NCBI GenBank assembly: GCA_964057225.1
Contig: OZ059895.1
Coordinates: 20,088,001-20,152,000 of the forward strand
DNA length: 64,000 bases
Reading direction: 5' to 3'
Source: Auanema rhodensis
Lineage: Eukaryota; Animalia; Nematoda
The notes below the pieces were generated by a model that worked only from the letters and a program-made list of their open reading frames with translations, made no database searches and was not told the DNA's origin. A program made the position numbers and the translations under genes. Below are positions 25,617 to 39,306 of this stretch, piece after piece (within the stretch, counting starts at the first letter, position 1; every line of letters starts with the position of its first letter).

Positions 25617-28600
25617 GAAAAAAGGAATCTAAAAACATCTACTTCTTGCTAAATTATTTTGAAATTTTTCGAAAAAATTTTTGTCAAAATGTTTTTGGAA
25701 GCAATGTTGAGTGTACATGGAAACTCAACATACACTAATGCATCATTTTTCAAACGATCATAACTAATTTTTGTATTGAGCGTTTCTCAATGTAGTATAG
25801 TGCATTCGATGCGGATTTTTAAGCTGCGTCGATCTGTGTTATCAGATTTGCGCTAGCTTAAAAATGCACCGAGATATCAACTGATATATGTTCACACTTA
25901 TATCCTCGATTTTCACCCTGAAGAAATTATTTTTTCGTTGAATAACATTGTCCATCGTCTTTGCCTTGAAAAAAGGAATCTAAAAACATCTACTTCTTGC
26001 TAAATTATTTTGAAATTTTTCGAAAAAATTTTTGTCAAAATGTTTTTGGAAGCAATGTTGAGTGTACATGGAAACTCAACATACACTAATGCATCATTTT
26101 TCAAACGATCATAACTAATTTTTGTATTGAGCGTTTCTCAATGTAGTATAGTGCATTCGATGCGGATTTTTAAGCTGCGTCGATCTGTGTTATCAGATTT
26201 GCGCTAGCTTAAAAATGCACCGAGATATCAACTGATATATGTTCACACTTATATCCTCGATTTTCACCCTGAAGAAATTATTTTTTCGTTGAATAACATT
26301 GTCCATCGTCTTTGCCTTGAAAAAAGGAATCTAAAAACATCTACTTCTTGCTAAATTATTTTGAAATTTTTCGAAAAAATTTTTGTCAAAATGTTTTTGG
26401 AAGCAATGTTGAGTGTACATGGAAACTCAACATACACTAATGCATCATTTTTCAAACGATCATAACTAATTTTTGTATTGAGCGTTTCTCGATGTAGTAT
26501 AGTGCATTCGATGCGGATTTTTAAGCTGCGTCGATCTGTGTTATCAGATTTGCGCTAGCTTAAAAATGCACCGAGATATCAACTGATATATGTTCACACT
26601 TATATCCTCGATTTTCACCCTGAAGAAATTATTTTTTCGTTGAATAACATTGTCCATCGTCTTTGCCTTGAAAAAAGGAATCTAAAAACATCTACTTCTT
26701 GCTAAATTATTTTGAAATTTTTCGAAAAAATTTTTGTCAAAATGTTTTTGGAAGCAATGTTGAGTGTACATGGAAACTCAACATACACTAATGCATCATT
26801 TTTCAAACGATCATAACTAATTTTTGTATTGAGCGTTTCTCAATGTAGTATAGTGCATTCGATGCGGATTTTTAAGCTGCGTCGATCTGTGTTATCAGAT
26901 TTGCTCTAGCTTAAAAATGCACCGAGATATCAACTGATATATGTTCACACTTATATCCTCGATTTTCACCCTGAAGAAATTATTTTTTCGTTGAATAACA
27001 TTGTCCATCGTCTTTGCCTTGAAAAAAGGAATCTAAAAACATCTACTTCTTGCTAAATTATTTTGAAATTTTTCGAAAAAATTTTTGTCAAAATGTTTTT
27101 GGAAGCAATGTTGAGTGTACATGGAAACTCAACATACACTAATGCATCATTTTTCAAACGATCATAACTAAGTTTTGTATTGAGCGTTTCTCAATGTAGT
27201 ATAGTGCATTCGATGCGGATTTTTAAGCTGCGTCGATCTGTGTTATCAGATTTGCTCTAGCTTAAAAATGCACCGAGATATCAACTGATATATGTTCACA
27301 CTTATATCCTCGATTTTCACCCTGAAGAAATTATTTTTTCGTTGAATAACATTGTCCATCGTCTTTGCCTTGAAAAAAGGAATCTAAAAACATCTACTTC
27401 TTGCTAAATTATTTTGAAATTTTTCGAAAAAATTTTTGTCAAAATGTTTTTGGAAGCAATGTTGAGTGTACATGGAAACTCAACATACACTAATGCATCA
27501 TTTTTCAAACGATCATAACTAAGTTTTGTATTGAGCGTTTCTCAATGTAGTATAGTGCATTCGATGCGGATTTTTAAGCTGCGTCGATCTGTGTTATAAG
27601 ATTTGCGCTAGCTTAAAAATGCACCGAGATATCAACTGATATATGTTCACACTTATATCCTCGATTTTCACCCTGAAGAAATTATTTTTTCGTTGAATAA
27701 CATTGTCCATCGTCTTTGCCTTGAAAAAAGGAATCTAAAAACATCTACTTCTTGCTAAATTATTTTGAAATTTTTCGAAAAAATTTTTGTCAAAATGTTT
27801 TTGGAAGCAATGTTGAGTGTACATGGAAACTCAACATACACTAATGCATCATTTTTCAAACGATCATAACTAATTTTTGTATTAAGCGTTTCTCAATGTA
27901 GTATAGTGCATTCGATGCGGATTTTTAAGCTGCGTCGATCTGTGTTATCAGATTTGCTCTAGCTTAAAAATGCACCGAGATATCAACTGATATATGTTCA
28001 CACTTATATCCTCGATTTTCACCCTGAAGAAATTATTTTTTCGTTGAATAACATTGTCCATCGTCTTTGCCTTGAACAAAAGGAATCTAAAAACATCTAC
28101 TTCTTGCTAAATTATTTTGAAATTTTTCGAAAAAATTTTTGTCAAAATGTTTTTGGAAGCAATGTTGAGTGTACATGGAAACTCAACATACACTAATGCA
28201 TCATTTTTCAAACGATCATAACTAATTTTTGTATTGAGCGTTTCTCAATGTAGTATAGTGCATTCGATGCGGATTTTTAAGCTGCGTCGATCTGTGTTAT
28301 CAGATTTGCGCTAGCTTAAAAATGCACCGAGATATCAACTGATATATGTTCACACTTATATCCTCGATTTTCACCCTGAAGAAATTATTTTTTCGTTGAA
28401 TAACATTGTTCATCGTCTTTGCCTTGAAAAAAGGAATCTAAAAACATCTACTTCTTGCTAAATTTCTTTGAAATTTTTCGAAAAAATTTTTGTCAAAATG
28501 TTTTTGGAAGCAATGTTGAGTGTACATGGAAACTCAACATACACTAATGCATCATTTTTCAAACGATCATAACTAATTTTTGTATTGAGCGTTTCTCAAT

Positions 28601-29829
28601 GTAGTATAGTGCATTCGATGCGGATTTTTAAGCTGCGTCGATCTGTGTTATCAGATTTGCGCTAGCTTAAAAATGCACCGAGATATCAACTGATATATGT
28701 TCACACTTATATCCTCGATTTTCACCCTGAAGAAATTATTTTTTCGTTGAATAACATTGTCCATCGTCTTTGCCTTAAAAAAAGAAATCTAAAAACATCT
28801 ACTTCTTGCTAAATTATTTTGAAATTTTTCGAAAAAATTTTTGTCAAAATGTTTTTGGAAGCAATGTTGAGTGTACATGGAAACTCAACATACACTAATG
28901 CATCATTTTTCAAACGATCATAACTAATTTTTGTATTGAGCGTTTCTCAATGTAGTATAGTGCATTCGATGCGGATTTTTAAGCTGCGTCGATCTGTGTT
29001 ATCAGATTTGCTCTAGCTTAAAAATGCACCGAGATATCAACTGATATATGTTCACACTTATATCCTCGATTTTCACCCTGAAGAAATTATTTTTTCGTTG
29101 AATAACATTGTCCATCGTCTTTGCCTTGAAAAAAGGAATCTAAAAACATCTACTTCTTGCTAAATTATTTTGAAATTTTTCGAAAAAATTTTTGTCAAAA
29201 TGTTTTTGGAAGCAATGTTGAGTGTACATGGAAACTCAACATACACTAATGCATCATTTTTCAAACGATCATAACTAATTTTTGTATTGAGCGTTTCTCA
29301 ATGTAGTATAGTGCATTCGATGCGGATTTTTAAGCTGCGTCGATCTGTGTTATCAGATTTGCGCTAGCTTAAAAATGCACCGAGATATCAACTGATATAT
29401 GTTCACACTTATATCCTCGATTTTCACCCTGAAGAAATTATTTTTTCGTTGAATAACATTGTCCATCGTCTTTGCCTTGAAAAAAGGAATCTAAAAACAT
29501 CTACTTCTTGCTAAATTATTTTGAAATTTTTCGAAAAAATTTTTGTCAAAATGTTTTTGGAAGCAATGTTGAGTGTACATGGAAACTCAACATACACTAA
29601 TGCATCATTTTTCAAACGATCATAACTAATTTTTGTATTGAGCGTTTCTCGATGTAGTATAGTGCATTCGATGCGGATTTTTAAGCTGCGTCGATCTGTG
29701 TTATCAGATTTGCGCTAGCTTAAAAATGCACCGAGATATCAACTGATATATGTTCACACTTATATCCTCGATTTTCACCCTGAAGAAATTATTTTTTCGT
29801 TGAATAACATTGTCCATCGTCTTTGCCTT

Positions 29830-32800
29830 GAAAAAAGGAATCTAAAAACATCTACTTCTTGCTAAATTATTTTGAAATTTTTCGAAAAAATTTTTGTCAA
29901 AATGTTTTTGGAAGCAATGTTGAGTGTACATGGAAACTCAACATACACTAATGCATCATTTTTCAAACGATCATAACTAATTTTTGTATTGAGCGTTTCT
30001 CAATGTAGTATAGTGCATTCGATGCGGATTTTTAAGCTGCGTCGATCTGTGTTATCAGATTTGCGCTAGCTTAAAAATGCACCGAGATATCAACTGATAT
30101 ATGTTCACACTTATATCCTCGATTTTCACCCTGAAGAAATTATTTTTTCGTTGAATAACATTGTCCATCGTCTTTGCCTTGAAAAAAGGAATCTAAAAAC
30201 ATCTACTTCTTGCTAAATTATTTTGAAATTTTTCGAAAAAATTTTTGTCAAAATGTTTTTGGAAGCAATGTTGAGTGTACATGGAAACTCAACATACACT
30301 AATGCATCATTTTTCAAACGATCATAACTAATTTTTGTATTGAGCGTTTCTCAATGTAGTATAGTGCATTCGATGCGGATTTTTAAGCTGCGTCGATCTG
30401 TGTTATCAGATTTGCTCTAGCTTAAAAATGCACCGAGATATCAACTGATATATGTTCACACTTATATCCTCGATTTTCACCCTGAAGAAATTATTTTTTC
30501 GTTGAATAACATTGTCCATCGTCTTTGCCTTGAAAAAAGGAATCTAAAAACATCTACTTCTTGCTAAATTATTTTGAAATTTTTCGAAAAAATTTTTGTC
30601 AAAATGTTTTTGGAAGCAATGTTGAGTGTACATGGAAACTCAACATACACTAATGCATCATTTTTCAAACGATCATAACTAATTTTTGTATTGAGCGTTT
30701 CTCAATGTAGTATAGTGCATTCGATGCGGATTTTTAAGCTGCGTCGATCTGTGTTATCAGATTTGCGCTAGCTTAAAAATGCACCGAGATATCAACTGAT
30801 ATATGTTCACACTTATATCCTCGATTTTCACCCTGAAGAAATTATTTTTTCGTTGAATAACATTGTCCATCGTCTTTGCCTTGAAAAAAGGAATCTAAAA
30901 ACATCTACTTCTTGCTAAATTATTTTGAAATTTTTCGAAAAAATTTTTGTCAAAATGTTTTTGGAAGCAATGTTGAGTGTACATGGAAACTCAACATACA
31001 CTAATGCATCATTTTTCAAACGATCATAACTAATTTTTGTATTGAGCGTTTCTCAATGTAGTATAGTGCATTCGATGCGGATTTTTAAGCTGCGTCGATC
31101 TGTGTTATCAGATTTGCGCTAGCTTAAAAATGCACCGAGATATCAACTGATATATGTTCACACTTATATCCTCGATTTTCACCCTGAAGAAATTATTTTT
31201 TCGTTGAATAACATTGTCCATCGTCTTTGCCTTGAAAAAAGGAATCTAAAAACATCTACTTCTTGCTAAATTATTTTGAAATTTTTCGAAAAAATTTTTG
31301 TCAAAATGTTTTTGGAAGCAATGTTGAGTGTACATGGAAACTCAACATACACTAATGCATCATTTTTCAAACGATCATAACTAATTTTTGTATTGAGCGT
31401 TTCTCAATGTAGTATAGTGCATTCGATGCGGATTTTTAAGCTGCGTCGATCTGTGTTATCAGATTTGCGCTAGCTTAAAAATGCACCGAGATATCAACTG
31501 ATATATGTTCACACTTATATCCTCGATTTTCACCCTGAAGAAATTATTTTTTCGTTGAATAACATTGTCCATCGTCTTTGCCTTAAAAAAAGGAATCTAA
31601 AAACATCTACTTCTTGCTAAATTATTTTGAAATTTTTCGAAAAAATTTTTGTCAAAATGTTTTTGGAAGCAATGTTGAGTGTACATGGAAACTCAACATA
31701 CACTAATGCATCATTTTTCAAACGATCATAACTAATTTTTGTATTGAGCGTTTCTCGATGTAGTATAGTGCATTCGATGCGGATTTTTAAGCTGCGTCGA
31801 TCTGTGTTATCAGATTTGCGCTAGCTTAAAAATGCACCGAGATATCAACTGATATAAGTTCACACTTAGATCCTCGATTTTCACCCTGAAGAATTAATTT
31901 TTTCGTTGAATAACAATGTCCATCGTCTTTGCCTTGAAAAAAGAAATCTAAAAACATCTACTTCTTGCTAAATTATTTTGAAATTTTTCGAAAAAATTTT
32001 TGTCAAAATGTTTTTGGAAGCAATGTTGAGTGTACATGGAAACTCAACATACACTAATGCATCATTTTTCAAACGATCATAACTAATTTTTGTATTGAGC
32101 GTTTCTCAATGTAGTATAGTGCATTCGATGCGGATTTTTAAGCTGCGTCGATCTGTGTTATCAGATTTGCGCTAGCTTAAAAATGCACCGAGATATCAAC
32201 TGATATATGTTCACACTTATATCCTCGATTTTCACCCTGAAGAAATTATTTTTTCGTTGAATAACATTGTCCATCGTCTTTGCCTTGAAAAAAGGAATCT
32301 AAAAACATCTACTTCTTGCTAAATTATTTTGAAATTTTTCGAAAAAATTTTTGTCAAAATGTTTTTGGAAGCAATGTTGAGTGTACATGGAAACTCAACA
32401 TACACTAATGCATCATTTTTCAAACGATCATAACTAATTTTTGTATTGAGCGTTTCTCAATGTAGTATAGTGCATTCGATGCGGATTTTTAAGCTGCGTC
32501 GATCTGTGTTATCAGATTTGCTCTAGCTTAAAAAAGCACCGAGATATCAACTGATATATGTTCACACTTATATCCTCGATTTTCACCCTGAAGAAATTAT
32601 TTTTTCGTTGAATAACATTGTCCATCGTCTTTGCCTTGAAAAAAGGAATCTAAAAACATCTACTTCTTGCTAAATTATTTTGAAATTTTTCGAAAAAATT
32701 TTTGTCAAAATGTTTTTGGAAGCAATGTTGAGTGTACATGGAAACTCAACATACACTAATGCATCATTTTTCAAACGATCATAACTAATTTTTGTATTGA

Positions 32801-35445
32801 GCGTTTCTCAATGTAGTATAGTGCATTCGATGCGGATTTTTAAGCTGCGTCGATCTGTGTTATCAGATTTGCGCTAGCTTAAAAATGCACCGAGATATCA
32901 ACTGATATATGTTCACACTTATATCCTCGATTTTCACCCTGAAGAAATTATTTTTTCGTTGAATAACATTGTCCATCGTCTTTGCCTTGAAAAAAGGAAT
33001 CTAAAAACATCTACTTCTTGCTAAATTATTTTGAAATTTTTCGAAAAAATTTTTGTCAAAATGTTTTTGGAAGCAATGTTGAGTGTACATGGAAACTCAA
33101 CATACACTAATGCATCATTTTTCAAACGATCATAACTAATTTTTGTATTGAGCGTTTCTCAATGTAGTATAGTGCATTCGATGCGGATTTTTAAGCTGCG
33201 TCGATCTGTGTTATCAGATTTGCTCTAGCTTAAAAATGCACCGAGATATCAACTGATATATGTTCACACTTATATCCTCGATTTTCACCCTGAAGAAATT
33301 ATTTTTTCGTTGAATAACATTGTCCATCGTCTTTGCCTTGAAAAAAGGAATCTAAAAACATCTACTTCTTGCTAAATTATTTTGAAATTTTTCGAAAAAA
33401 TTTTTGTCAAAATGTTTTTGGAAGCAATGTTGAGTGTACATGGAAACTCAACATACACTAATGCATCATTTTTCAAACGATCATAACTAATTTTTGTATT
33501 GAGCGTTTCTCAATGTAGTATAGTGCATTCGATGCGGATTTTTAAGCTGCGTCGATCTGTGTTATCAGATTTGCGCTAGCTTAAAAATGCACCGAGATAT
33601 CAACTGATATATGTTCACACTTATATCCTCGATTTTCACCCTGAAGAAATTATTTTTTCGTTGAATAACATTGTCCATCGTCTTTGCCTTGAAAAAAGGA
33701 ATCTAAAAACATCTACTTCTTGCTAAATTATTTTGAAATTTTTCGAAAAAATTTTTGTCAAAATGTTTTTGGAAGCAATGTTGAGTGTACATGGAAACTC
33801 AACATACACTAATGCATCATTTTTCAAACGATCATAACTAATTTTTGTATTGAGCGTTTCTCAATGTAGTATAGTGCATTCGATGCGGATTTTTAAGCTG
33901 CGTCGATCTGTGTTATCAGATTTGCGCTAGCTTAAAAATGCACCGAGATATCAACTGATATATGTTCACACTTATATCCTCGATTTTCACCCTGAAGAAA
34001 TTATTTTTTCGTTGAATAACATTGTCCATCGTCTTTGCCTTGAAAAAAGGAATCTAAAAACATCTACTTCTTGCTAAATTATTTTGAAATTTTTCGAAAA
34101 AATTTTTGTCAAAATGTTTTTGGAAGCAATGTTGAGTGTACATGGAAACTCAACATACACTAATGCATCATTTTTCAAACGATCATAACTAATTTTTGTA
34201 TTGAGCGTTTCTCAATGTAGTATAGTGCATTCGATGCGGATTTTTAAGCTGCGTCGATCTGTGTTATCAGATTTGCGCTAGCTTAAAAATGCACCGAGAT
34301 ATCAACTGATATATGTTCACACTTATATCCTCGATTTTCACCCTGAAGAAATTATTTTTTCGTTGAATAACATTGTCCATCGTCTTTGCCTTAAAAAAAG
34401 GAATCTAAAAACATCTACTTCTTGCTAAATTATTTTGAAATTTTTCGAAAAAATTTTTGTCAAAATGTTTTTGGAAGCAATGTTGAGTGTACATGGAAAC
34501 TCAACATACACTAATGCATCATTTTTCAAACGATCATAACTAATTTTTGTATTGAGCGTTTCTCGATGTAGTATAGTGCATTCGATGCGGATTTTTAAGC
34601 TGCGTCGATCTGTGTTATCAGATTTGCGCTAGCTTAAAAATGCACCGAGATATCAACTGATATAAGTTCACACTTAGATCCTCGATTTTCACCCTGAAGA
34701 ATTAATTTTTTCGTTGAATAACAATGTCCATCGTCTTTGCCTTGAAAAAAGAAATCTAAAAACATCTACTTCTTGCTAAATTATTTTGAAATTTTTCGAA
34801 AAAATTTTTGTCAAAATGTTTTTGGAAGCAATGTTGAGTGTACATGGAAACTCAACATACACTAATGCATCATTTTTCAAACGATCATAACTAATTTTTG
34901 TATTGAGCGTTTCTCAATGTAGTATAGTGCATTCGATGCGGATTTTTAAGCTGCGTCGATCTGTGTTATCAGATTTGCGCTAGCTTAAAAATGCACCGAG
35001 ATATCAACTGATATATGTTCACACTTATATCCTCGATTTTCACCCTGAAGAAATTATTTTTTCGTTGAATAACATTGTCCATCGTCTTTGCCTTGAAAAA
35101 AGGAATCTAAAAACATCTACTTCTTGCTAAATTATTTTGAAATTTTTCGAAAAAATTTTTGTCAAAATGTTTTTGGAAGCAATGTTGAGTGTACATGGAA
35201 ACTCAACATACACTAATGCATCATTTTTCAAACGATCATAACTAATTTTTGTATTGAGCGTTTCTCAATGTAGTATAGTGCATTCGATGCGGATTTTTAA
35301 GCTGCGTCGATCTGTGTTATCAGATTTGCTCTAGCTTAAAAAAGCACCGAGATATCAACTGATATATGTTCACACTTATATCCTCGATTTTCACCCTGAA
35401 GAAATTATTTTTTCGTTGAATAACATTGTCCATCGTCTTTGCCTT
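29830..35445. repeat. 8-mer higher-order repeat (2808 bp) x2, M86-93 / M94-101
   Basis: GCTCTA (M87, M95); CCTTAAAAAAAGG+CTCGAT+B (M91 at 31585, M99 at 34393); GCTCTA+AAAAAAGCACC (M93, M101). Confidence 0.85.
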
Positions 35446-38400
35446 GAAAAAAGGAATCTAAAAACATCTACTTCTTGCTAAATTATTTTGAAATTTTTCG
35501 AAAAAATTTTTGTCAAAATGTTTTTGGAAGCAATGTTGAGTGTACATGGAAACTCAACATACACTAATGCATCATTTTTCAAACGATCATAACTAATTTT
35601 TGTATTGAGCGTTTCTCAATGTAGTATAGTGCATTCGATGCGGATTTTTAAGCTGCGTCGATCTGTGTTATCAGATTTGCGCTAGCTTAAAAATGCACCG
35701 AGATATCAACTGATATATGTTCACACTTATATCCTCGATTTTCACCCTGAAGAAATTATTTTTTCGTTGAATTACATTGTCCATCGTCTTTGCCTTGAAA
35801 AAAGGAATCTAAAAACATCTACTTCTTGCTAAATTATTTTGAAATTTTTCGAAAAAATTTTTGTCAAAATGTTTTTGGAAGCAATGTTGAGTGTACATGG
35901 AAACTCAACATACACTAATGCATCATTTTTCAAACGATCATAACTAATTTTTGTATTAAGCGTTTCTCAATGTAGTATAGTGCATTCGATGCGGATTTTT
36001 AAGCTGCGTCGATCTGTGTTATCAGATTTGCGCTAGCTTAAAAATGCACCGAGATATCAACTGATATAAGTTCACACTTAGATCCTCGATTTTCACCCTG
36101 AAGAATTAATTTTTTCGTTGAATAACAATGTCCATCGTCTTTGCTTTGAAAAAAGAAATCTAAAAACATCTACTTCTTGCTAAATTATTTTGAAATTTTT
36201 CGAAAAAATTTTTGTCAAAATGTTTTTGGAAGCAATGTTGAGTGTACATGGAAACTCAACATACACTAATGCATCATTTTTCAAACGATCATAACTAATT
36301 TTTGTATTGAGCGTTTCTCAATGTAGTATAGTGCATTCGATGCGGATTTTTAAGCTGCGTCGATCTGTGTTATCAGATTTGCGCTAGCTTAAAAATGCAC
36401 CGAGATATCAACTGATATATGTTCACACTTATATCCTCGATTTTCACCCTGAAGAAATTATTTTTTCGTTGAATAACATTGTCCATCGTCTTTGCCTTGA
36501 AAAAAGGAATCTAAAAACATCTACTTCTTGCTAAATTATTTTGAAATTTTTCGAAAAAATTTTTGTCAAAATGTTTTTGGAAGCAATGTTGAGTGTACAT
36601 GGAAACTCAACATACACTAATGCATCATTTTTCAAACGATCATAACTAATTTTTGTATTGAGCGTTTCTCGATGTAGTATAGTGCATTCGATGCGGATTT
36701 TTAAGCTGCGTCGATCTGTGTTATCAGATTTGCGCTAGCTTAAAAATGCACCGAGATATCAACTGATATAAGTTCACACTTAGATCCTCGATTTTCACCC
36801 TGAAGAATTAATTTTTTCGTTGAATAACAATGTCCATCGTCTTTGCCTTGAAAAAAGAAATCTAAAAACATCTACTTCTTGCTAAATTATTTTGAAATTT
36901 TTCGAAAAAATTTTTGTCAAAATGTTTTTGGAAGCAATGTTGAGTGTACATGGAAACTCAACATACACTAATGCATCATTTTTCAAACGATCATAACTAA
37001 TTTTTGTATTGAGCGTTTCTCAATGTAGTATAGTGCATTCGATGCGGATTTTTAAGCTGCGTCGATCTGTGTTATCAGATTTGCGCTAGCTTAAAAATGC
37101 ACCGAGATATCAACTGATATATGTTCACACTTATATCCTCGATTTTCACCCTGAAGAAATTATTTTTTCGTTGAATAACATTGTCCATCGTCTTTGCCTT
37201 GAAAAAAGGAATCTAAAAACATCTACTTCTTGCTAAATTATTTTGAAATTTTTCGAAAAAATTTTTGTCAAAATGTTTTTGGAAGCAATGTTGAGTGTAC
37301 ATGGAAACTCAACATACACTAATGCATCATTTTTCAAACGATCATAACTAATTTTTGTATTGAGCGTTTCTCAATGTAGTATAGTGCATTCGATGCGGAT
37401 TTTTAAGCTGCGTCGATCTGTGTTATCAGATTTGCTCTAGCTTAAAAAAGCACCGAGATATCAACTGATATATGTTCACACTTATATCCTCGATTTTCAC
37501 CCTGAAGAAATTATTTTTTCGTTGAATAACATTGTCCATCGTCTTTGCCTTGAAAAAAGGAATCTAAAAACATCTACTTCTTGCTAAATTATTTTGAAAT
37601 TTTTCGAAAAAATTTTTGTCAAAATGTTTTTGGAAGCAATGTTGAGTGTACATGGAAACTCAACATACACTAATGCATCATTTTTCAAACGATCATAACT
37701 AATTTTTGTATTGAGCGTTTCTCAATGTAGTATAGTGCATTCGATGCGGATTTTTAAGCTGCGTCGATCTGTGTTATCAGATTTGCGCTAGCTTAAAAAT
37801 GCACCGAGATATCAACTGATATATGTTCACACTTATATCCTCGATTTTCACCCTGAAGAAATTATTTTTTCGTTGAATTACATTGTCCATCGTCTTTGCC
37901 TTGAAAAAAGGAATCTAAAAACATCTACTTCTTGCTAAATTATTTTGAAATTTTTCGAAAAAATTTTTGTCAAAATGTTTTTGGAAGCAATGTTGAGTGT
38001 ACATGGAAACTCAACATACACTAATGCATCATTTTTCAAACGATCATAACTAATTTTTGTATTAAGCGTTTCTCAATGTAGTATAGTGCATTCGATGCGG
38101 ATTTTTAAGCTGCGTCGATCTGTGTTATCAGATTTGCGCTAGCTTAAAAATGCACCGAGATATCAACTGATATAAGTTCACACTTAGATCCTCGATTTTC
38201 ACCCTGAAGAATTAATTTTTTCGTTGAATAACAATGTCCATCGTCTTTGCTTTGAAAAAAGAAATCTAAAAACATCTACTTCTTGCTAAATTATTTTGAA
38301 ATTTTTCGAAAAAATTTTTGTCAAAATGTTTTTGGAAGCAATGTTGAGTGTACATGGAAACTCAACATACACTAATGCATCATTTTTCAAACGATCATAA

Positions 38401-39306
38401 CTAATTTTTGTATTGAGCGTTTCTCAATGTAGTATAGTGCATTCGATGCGGATTTTTAAGCTGCGTCGATCTGTGTTATCAGATTTGCGCTAGCTTAAAA
38501 ATGCACCGAGATATCAACTGATATATGTTCACACTTATATCCTCGATTTTCACCCTGAAGAAATTATTTTTTCGTTGAATAACATTGTCCATCGTCTTTG
38601 CCTTGAAAAAAGGAATCTAAAAACATCTACTTCTTGCTAAATTATTTTGAAATTTTTCGAAAAAATTTTTGTCAAAATGTTTTTGGAAGCAATGTTGAGT
38701 GTACATGGAAACTCAACATACACTAATGCATCATTTTTCAAACGATCATAACTAATTTTTGTATTGAGCGTTTCTCGATGTAGTATAGTGCATTCGATGC
38801 GGATTTTTAAGCTGCGTCGATCTGTGTTATCAGATTTGCGCTAGCTTAAAAATGCACCGAGATATCAACTGATATAAGTTCACACTTAGATCCTCGATTT
38901 TCACCCTGAAGAATTAATTTTTTCGTTGAATAACAATGTCCATCGTCTTTGCCTTGAAAAAAGAAATCTAAAAACATCTACTTCTTGCTAAATTATTTTG
39001 AAATTTTTCGAAAAAATTTTTGTCAAAATGTTTTTGGAAGCAATGTTGAGTGTACATGGAAACTCAACATACACTAATGCATCATTTTTCAAACGATCAT
39101 AACTAATTTTTGTATTGAGCGTTTCTCAATGTAGTATAGTGCATTCGATGCGGATTTTTAAGCTGCGTCGATCTGTGTTATCAGATTTGCGCTAGCTTAA
39201 AAATGCACCGAGATATCAACTGATATATGTTCACACTTATATCCTCGATTTTCACCCTGAAGAAATTATTTTTTCGTTGAATAACATTGTCCATCGTCTT
39301 TGCCTT
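34744..39306. repeat. 6-mer higher-order repeat (2106 bp) x2 plus a partial copy, M100-105 / M106-111 / M112
   Basis: AAAAAAGCACC (M101, M107), GAATTAC (M102, M108), TATTAAG+B+TTGCTTTG (M103, M109), CTCGAT+B (M105, M111). Confidence 0.9.
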
